In this document: positions 57,880 through 64,000 of the stretch, one piece after another
Layout: each line of letters opens with the position of its first letter
How positions within the stretch are numbered: the stretch's first letter is position 1
Assembly (NCBI GenBank): GCA_000004695.1
Contig: CM000150.2
Location: 64,001-128,000, forward strand
Length of the DNA: 64,000 bases
Reading direction: 5' to 3'
Source: Dictyostelium discoideum
Lineage: Eukaryota
Program-made: the position numbers and the translations under genes
The notes under the pieces: model-generated
The model's database searches: none
Told to the model about the DNA's origin: nothing
Seen by the model: the letters and a program-made list of their open reading frames with translations, nothing else

Positions 57880-58567
57880 TCATAGATACTCTAATTGAAC
57901 TTCAGCAGTACCATGGATGAGATACACCGGATTAATTACATTGTGGTAACTCATAATGGCTTCGATGTTATTTATAACATCTTGGGCTGAGTAGCAGTTA
58001 CGATGGTTAATAGCTTCGACTACTTTAGTATTGGCAGCTTCGTAGTCAGTTTTGAATGGAACCAAAGTCTTGGATCTAAAGTTACGGTGGATTAGCTTCT
58101 TCAATGTTTCACCTTCAATTTTATCGTTGTTCTTAACTGATTCATTGTGGGTAGGTTGAAGCAATTGAAATAATTCATTTGATGCAGCACCATTGTCCAC
58201 AATGGTCTTCAAGGTTGGTTCAACACCATTCTGGGAGCAGTGGATGGTAAAAAGATTCATGAAGATGACAGCAGTGGCAGCATTTTTTAAAGCATCAATG
58301 GTTTTAGCTTCAATGGAATTGGTCTTTGATTTCTTTGGCACTTTCTCTCTGACTTCGACGTCGGATACATCAGTGCTTTCAGTTGAAATAAATTTCATCA
58401 TCAACTTCAGTGGGACGAAGAGTCTTTTTTGATTTTACTTGAACAGTAATAGCATCATGGGAGGCGGTTGTCACTTCAGCGGCACGTTTGGCGGTGGAAG
58501 ACACTTTGGCTTTACGGATGGCTTTCTTTGAAGGAGTAGTAGTTGATGACATGACTTTCACCAACAA
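57880..58567 (-). CDS. Skipper Gag.
   Basis: The supplied ORFs 58379-58567 and 57880-58404 are adjacent, with a possible frameshift between them. Confidence 0.6.
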
Positions 58568-59735
58568 TTATATATAAAATTTATTAAATATAATTTAATT
58601 TTATAATTTAATTTTATAATTTAATTTACATAATTTAATTATATAATTTAATTTAATTTATTTAATTTAATTTAATTTAATTTTTAATTAAATAATTAAA
58701 TATAAGTATTAATATATGTTAACTGTTATTCCACTAATATATTTTTATTGTGGTGTCTTTATATTATTTAATTGATAATAAATATTATCTTAAATTATTT
58801 TAATTATAACAATGCATCAATATAACTGTTATTCCACTAATAATTTATATTGTGGTGTATTTATTTAACTGTTATTCCACTAATAATTTATATTGTGGTG
58901 TCTTTATTTAACTGTTATTCCACTAATAATTTATAGTGGTGTCTTTGTATTTGAGCATTATTATTAAATTAATTGATACAATCTTGTTTTATATTACTTT
59001 ATAAAAGATGCATGTTTACAATGTGAGTAGGAAGTGTCGTTGTACCGCCTAAGCAGTACAGCGTTAATCTTGCAAACAGAAGGGCCATTGTAATGCATTT
59101 TTATTTTGTTTTAAATACTACTGTTATTCCTCTAATCTGAAGAGTCGACTTCTTCATCATGAGGTGTCATTGTATACGAAATATAAGGATTGTATCTAAT
59201 TATTTGTTTTAATGTATTTGTTTTATGTTAAAATTAGAAAAAAAAAGTGTAAAAGTCACTCACACTAATCTTCAATCCATTGTCACATTTGTTTAATCTT
59301 TAATCAAACAGTCCAATCTTTAAAGTAATGTTTTTTTAAAATGAAGGATAGAAAGAGTGAAAGACTAATATCATAAAAGTAAACATACATAAAACAGATA
59401 ATTAAAAGTAAGGGCGTTATGAAAATCAGAATTTTTATTATTATTTAAATTTTAATTTAATTTTATTTAATTTAATTTTTTATTTTTCAACTGAAAAAAT
59501 AAAAAATTAAAAAATAAAAATTAAAATTAAATGAAATATTTTTACATGGAGATGCGAATTTGTTACGTTGTTGAGCTCATACAAACTTTAAATTAATTTA
59601 GTTTTGAGTCTCTAACATCTAGAACATTCTAAAAAATTATCTTAAATATTTGGGAAATTCAAATAAATTAATGTTATTCATAATATATATATATATTTAA
59701 TATATAATATAATTTAATAAATTAAATTTTTAATT

Positions 59736-61924
59736 GATTGAGTTGGTTCGAGAACACTCTTTTCTAGATTTAACTTGAAACCTAGTTTGACAAGTAAGTC
59801 CATTGTCTTTTTGAGGTTGGATAAACATTCTTCTTTTGTTGAACCGACGATTAATAGATCGTCCAAGTAAGCGATGACGGATACTTTGATATCTCTCAAC
59901 ATTCGAAGTACAGGTCTTAACAGCATTGTAAAGATACGAGGAGCTGTCGATAACCCGAACGACATTGTTTTCCAACGGTAATGCGAACCTTTCCACAAGA
60001 AGCGGAATAAGTCTCTGTATTGCGGATCTACTAACACGTGGAGTAGGCTTTCTTGATATCGAGTTTTACCATGTAATAACCTTGTTTGACCATTGACGGT
60101 AGATTCTTGATTCCTTCCATCTTGAATGATTGGTTGTTGATGTAAGTGTTTAACCTTTTTAGATCGAGAACTGGACGATGTAGATTCGTTCCAGGTTTTG
60201 GAACCGTAAACACGTTGGAGTAAAAAACGCGCTTTGAATAACGGTTTGGAAGTACTTGTTCGATGGCATCGTCTAATAACAAGTCTTGTACTTCCTTTGT
60301 GATGCAATCTGATTTCGGACCCTCTGGAATTGAAATCGGAATTGGGTTTAGCATCGGCTTGAAGTTTGGAAGTAGATGGACTTTTAATCCATTTACGACC
60401 TCTTGACAAAAGTTTAGAAGACCCAATTCTTTCCAAACTTGTTTGTGGTGGAACAGACGTCCACCTACTGGTAAGTTTACTTCTTGTTCTTCTGAAAACG
60501 GTTGTTGGTACCGTTGGCAGACTTGGTATTGTTGCTACCTGATGCAACATTACTTGGTGATCCATTGAAGTTGTTAGATCGGCCATTACTCCCACTACTG
60601 GATTTACTATTACTACTGTTTCCTGTAGTGTTATTACCACTTGAGTTAACTGATTTCTTGACATTGGACTTGGAATGATAATTCAATTTTAACAATGATT
60701 GTTTTGCTTCGTTGTTCTTTCTGATTGATTTGGCTAGCTTTCTTACACGTTCAGTTTCAGTTTCATCAAACATCTTTGGTGTATTCTTGATCTTAATTGG
60801 TAAGAGTACTTCAGAACCATAGATTTCTTTAGCGATGTTGTTACGACGGACACGACTAAGCGATGCTTGAGCATTAACGGCTAAGACGATTGCACTCTGA
60901 GTTAAGTAACTAACAAGTTCTACATCGACAATAGAGCTATCAGATGATAACATACTTGACATGAGAAGCAAAGGTTTTAAGCTATCGTTGATTCGCTTTT
61001 CGACAATCAACAAGTCAGTATCATTGTTCTTGACGTTGGATGATACAGTAATACCTTCAGGTGTACCGAATGGAGCGACGTTCACTTGGAAGTTAGATGG
61101 AAAGTTGAATACTTTATTCAATTCGGATATCTCATCTTTCTTGAGGATACATTATTCTTCGACGAGTAAACCTTGATTGTTTACCATATGTTTGTACTGA
61201 CCAAGTAAGGTATCGGATAATTGATAATCGGTTGGAACATCGACATTGTTACTTGATTCATCTTCACTTTGTTCATTCTCAGTGTCAGAGTTATCATGAG
61301 AAGGTAGGCTACGTCTTAAATCAAAGGATTCAGCGCTATTAGAGGCAGAGGTACTACTACTAGAGGCATCATTATTATTAACAGTGGTAGACATTTTTTA
61401 TTGTTGATATCTAAAATTATAATATGAGAAAAATAATAATATTAAAAATTAATAAAGAGAAATAATTATTTGTATAAAATTTGTGTGTGTGTGTATCTTA
61501 AATATATATAGGAGGAATTCCCAAATAAAATAAATCAAATTGTTTTAGTTTTTAGTGCCACTATTTATACGTTTTTATTTTCTTAAAAATTTCGCAAAAC
61601 TCAAAAAAATAAGAGTTTTCGACCCTTCACAACTTTGTGCATAGTGTCGGTTCGGAATTTTTCGACCTTGCGCAATGATCGCGTCACTGTGCCGGTTCGA
61701 AATTTTTATTTTTCTTTCGAAAATTTTTTTTTTCTTCGAATGTTCTAGAACATTCTAAAAAATTATCTTAAATATTTGGGAAATTCAAATAAATAAATGT
61801 TATTCATAATATTAATATATATATGATAATATAAATCTTGGAATGTTTTAGAACATTCTAAAAAATTATCTTAAATATTTGGGAAATTCAAATAAATAAA
61901 TGTTATTCATAATATATATATATG
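59736..61924 (-). mobile_element. DIRS-1 fragment J comprising part of ORF2, ORF1 with a deletion, and a left ITR with an internal duplication.
   Basis: ORF pieces lie at 60031-60426, 60477-61121 and 61152-61394. The ITR is 61500-61924. Confidence 0.75.
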
Positions 61925-62150
61925 ATAAATTAAATTTACTAGAACGTTAGGGTTACGGATAGCATACTCAAATAACCAGCGAGTTTTCCCAGTTTAACGT
62001 GAGCCACTCAAGCCAATTGTAAACAACTCTCGTAACTGACATGCCTTAGTACCGCCAAGGTTATTAGCAGCGCTACGCTCATTATTAATCGCAATACTTT
62101 TCTCAATCGCATCATAATCGATGGTTGTCGTAGACGTCATGATTTTTTAC

Positions 62151-62328
62151 CTCATTTATTTAGGTGGTTGTATGAACCCACATGGGTATAGTCCTCATAA
62201 ACAGGAGCTACTTTTGCTGGTAGACCAGGTGCATTAAGCATTGTTTTTAATACACGCTGACCACGCACATAAGGTTGGTTGCTAACATATTTTAAATCAG
62301 TTGCCACATAGCCTTTTGGAATTTCCAT
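62151..62328 (-). CDS. Small ORF of 58 aa, paralog of 35121-35288 (MEIPKGYVATDLKYVSNQPYVRGQRVL…).
   Basis: It is intact in both diverged copies, with an in-frame indel, and the same RBS and overlap arrangement is retained. Confidence 0.4.
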
Positions 62329-62941
62329 GGTAAACTAATCCTCTAAATAGGTGACCAATGGCGGGTTTACTTCTACAACACTCAACCACGTAATGTTGGA
62401 AGTGCTTCGGTATTGTTCTTTTATTTTGAGATGCCATGCGGTTGATCGTGGTTTACTTACCCCAAAGTGTAAGTGTCGGTTATTTGCTGGCATACTTTCA
62501 GCCACTTCCCAAGTCTCCAATTCACCGCCGTCCTGCTATTAAGGGTGCCCAATGACGGACATCCATCTCAAAATAAAACTAGGAGGGGGTAAAACCCTCC
62601 TATATACTGATCTTACGGACGTGGTGATATCGAATACCACATTCTGTAATTTGGATCACACTGGGTGTTATTTACAATACCTAACGGACTGTATTTATCG
62701 TAGAAGGATCCCACTGTTGCGTTGCAATACCGTTAACAATCAACACTAAGCTGATTGTCCATACACTATTCTTCGTCGATGTATGATAAGGTAGGACAAT
62801 CCCATCAGCCGGTAGCTTATCCAATACAGCATCAACAATCAGCGCTTTGGACGGTGCTAAAATAAGGAACATCCGTTGTTAGCTTTGTTTTCCATATTTG
62901 GTTCACTGTCTTACAAACAAACCACCGGCATCTTTACCCTG

Positions 62942-62987
62942 CGTGTTACTAATAGGAATGGGGAAGGCATTCCTATTAGTAACACGC
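62942..62987. repeat. Strong hairpin or palindrome with 19-bp arms CGTGTTACTAATAGGAATG and a GGGAAGG loop.
   Basis: Read directly. Confidence 0.6.
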
Positions 62988-63115
62988 ATAACTGACGTTT
63001 TCACTAGGGGCTAATACTAATTAATATTACCATGCCAGCTACGGTGTCAATCCAGTGTGTCAAATTAGTAACAGCTTTGGAGCCATCCAGATATGACGGA
63101 ACGCCTGGGCCTGAA

Positions 63116-64000
63116 ATTTAAAAATTTAATTTATTAAATTATATTTTATATTAAATATATATATATATATTATGAATAACATTTATTTATTTGAATTTCC
63201 CAAATATTTAAGATAATTTTTTAGAATGTTCTAGAACATTCGAAGAAAAAAAAATTTTCGAAAGAAAAGTAAAAATTTCGAACCGGCACAATGACGCGAT
63301 AATTGCGCAAGGTCGAAAAACTGAAAAATTCCGAACCGACACTATGCACAAAGTTGTGAAGGGTCGAAAACTCTTATTTTTTTGAGTTTTGCGAAATTTT
63401 TAAGAAAATAAAAACGTATAAATAGTAGCACTAAAAACTAAAAACAATTTGATATATGGAATTCCGACTAAGGGCGGGTGGGATGGGACTAATATATATA
63501 TATATATTTAATATAAAATATAATTTAATAAATTAAATTTTTAATTTATATTATCATATATATATATATATTATGAAATTTGGACGACAGTATTTAAGAA
63601 ACCACCAGATTTTTCACCAATGATTCTTTTATCGTAGAAGGTATCTACAGTATCGTTTGATTTCCAACGACCCATCTTCTTGACAACGTGGAACGGAACG
63701 TTATTGGACAACAGCAGAGAAGCCAGAGCGGAACGGGTAGAGTGAGATTTGAACTTGGCAATATCAATACCTGACTTTGAGAGTGTTGATAGTACAATTG
63801 AGTTAATATCATTAACTTGGAGCGGTTCACCCTCATTCTTAATAAAGACAGAGTCACCCGAATGAGGCTTTCTTCTTCCTTTAGAGGCTCTAAGGTATGT
63901 TGCAAGGTGGCGAACAGGGCATACTTGAGAGTTTGTATCATCTAACGAAGTTAATTCTAAGATTGAAACAACACCACTTCTTTGTTCTTTAGCATTAATA
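63116..64000 (-). mobile_element. DIRS-1 copy K comprising the 3' ITR and the ORF3 C-terminal region. It continues beyond the window.
   Basis: The ITR is 63116-63590 and the ORF3 end is at 63600 and beyond. Confidence 0.8.

Larger units (their letters stand above)
52897..59617 (-). mobile_element. Skipper LTR retrotransposon (Ty3/gypsy-type), full-length. The LTRs are 52897-53287 and 59248-59617. It has a PPT-like AAAGAAGGAAGGGGAAGG next to the 3' LTR and a 5' UTR 43-mer tandem repeat at about 58830-58960.
   Basis: The LTRs have TG…CA ends. GAG is 58567..57880 and the CCHC knuckle CLNCGKSNHSTSTC is in 57852..57433. The protease DTGS ORF starts after a stop codon. The RT motif is YFDDLLV and the integrase has an HHCC finger. 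It is inserted in a DIRS ITR with an approximately 5-bp TSD (TCTTG/TCTAG). Confidence 0.85.
61925..63115. other. GC-richer prokaryote/phage-like segment G5. It is a paralog of G2 over 61925-62660 and unique beyond that. DIRS termini bound it on both sides.
   Basis: It carries the same 58-aa small ORF (62151-62328, minus), the Walker A pseudogene (61993-62139, minus) and a terminator hairpin (62567-62601). A 19-bp-stem palindrome sits at 62942-62987. Confidence 0.55.

Noticed and set aside
59040-59100. Primer-binding site for Skipper next to the 5' LTR
   Set aside because: I could not find a convincing TGG… tRNA-complementary motif immediately adjacent to the LTR. The nearest candidate (TGGCCCTTCTG) is about 150 nt away, so I did not call it.

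Overview
This window is an AT-rich repeat jungle typical of a dictyostelid social amoeba (Dictyostelium discoideum-like): it carries both DIRS-1 and Skipper with their characteristic architecture. Almost every base is mobile-element sequence. I count at least 11 DIRS-1 copies or fragments in both orientations. Each has inverted terminal repeats (ITRs) and three overlapping ORFs: ORF1, ORF2 (reverse transcriptase/RNase H, RT/RH) and ORF3 (C-terminal tyrosine recombinase), with one full-length copy at 39708-44598. There is one full-length Skipper LTR retrotransposon (52897-59617, minus strand) and one Skipper solo LTR. There are also several copies of a two-gene DNA-transposon family, here called 'alpha' and 'beta', whose ends carry CACAG...CTGTG terminal inverted repeats (TIRs). 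A 630-750 bp MITE-like derivative family shares those termini. Satellite-like arrays fill some of the gaps. Five GC-richer segments (G1-G5, about 40-45% GC against about 25% background) look prokaryotic or phage-like. They have compact minus-strand genes with Shine-Dalgarno motifs and overlapping stop/start codons, rho-independent terminator hairpins, tRNA genes with an encoded CCA, and a T4-terminase-like Walker A pseudogene. They occur as diverged paralogs, and DIRS-1 termini and the TIR elements interrupt them at precise points. I cannot identify them by eye. A perfect 682-bp palindrome centred on a mini-TIR element lies inside one of these islands. No rRNA or CRISPR was seen. All coordinates are hand-derived and approximate to within a few bp.
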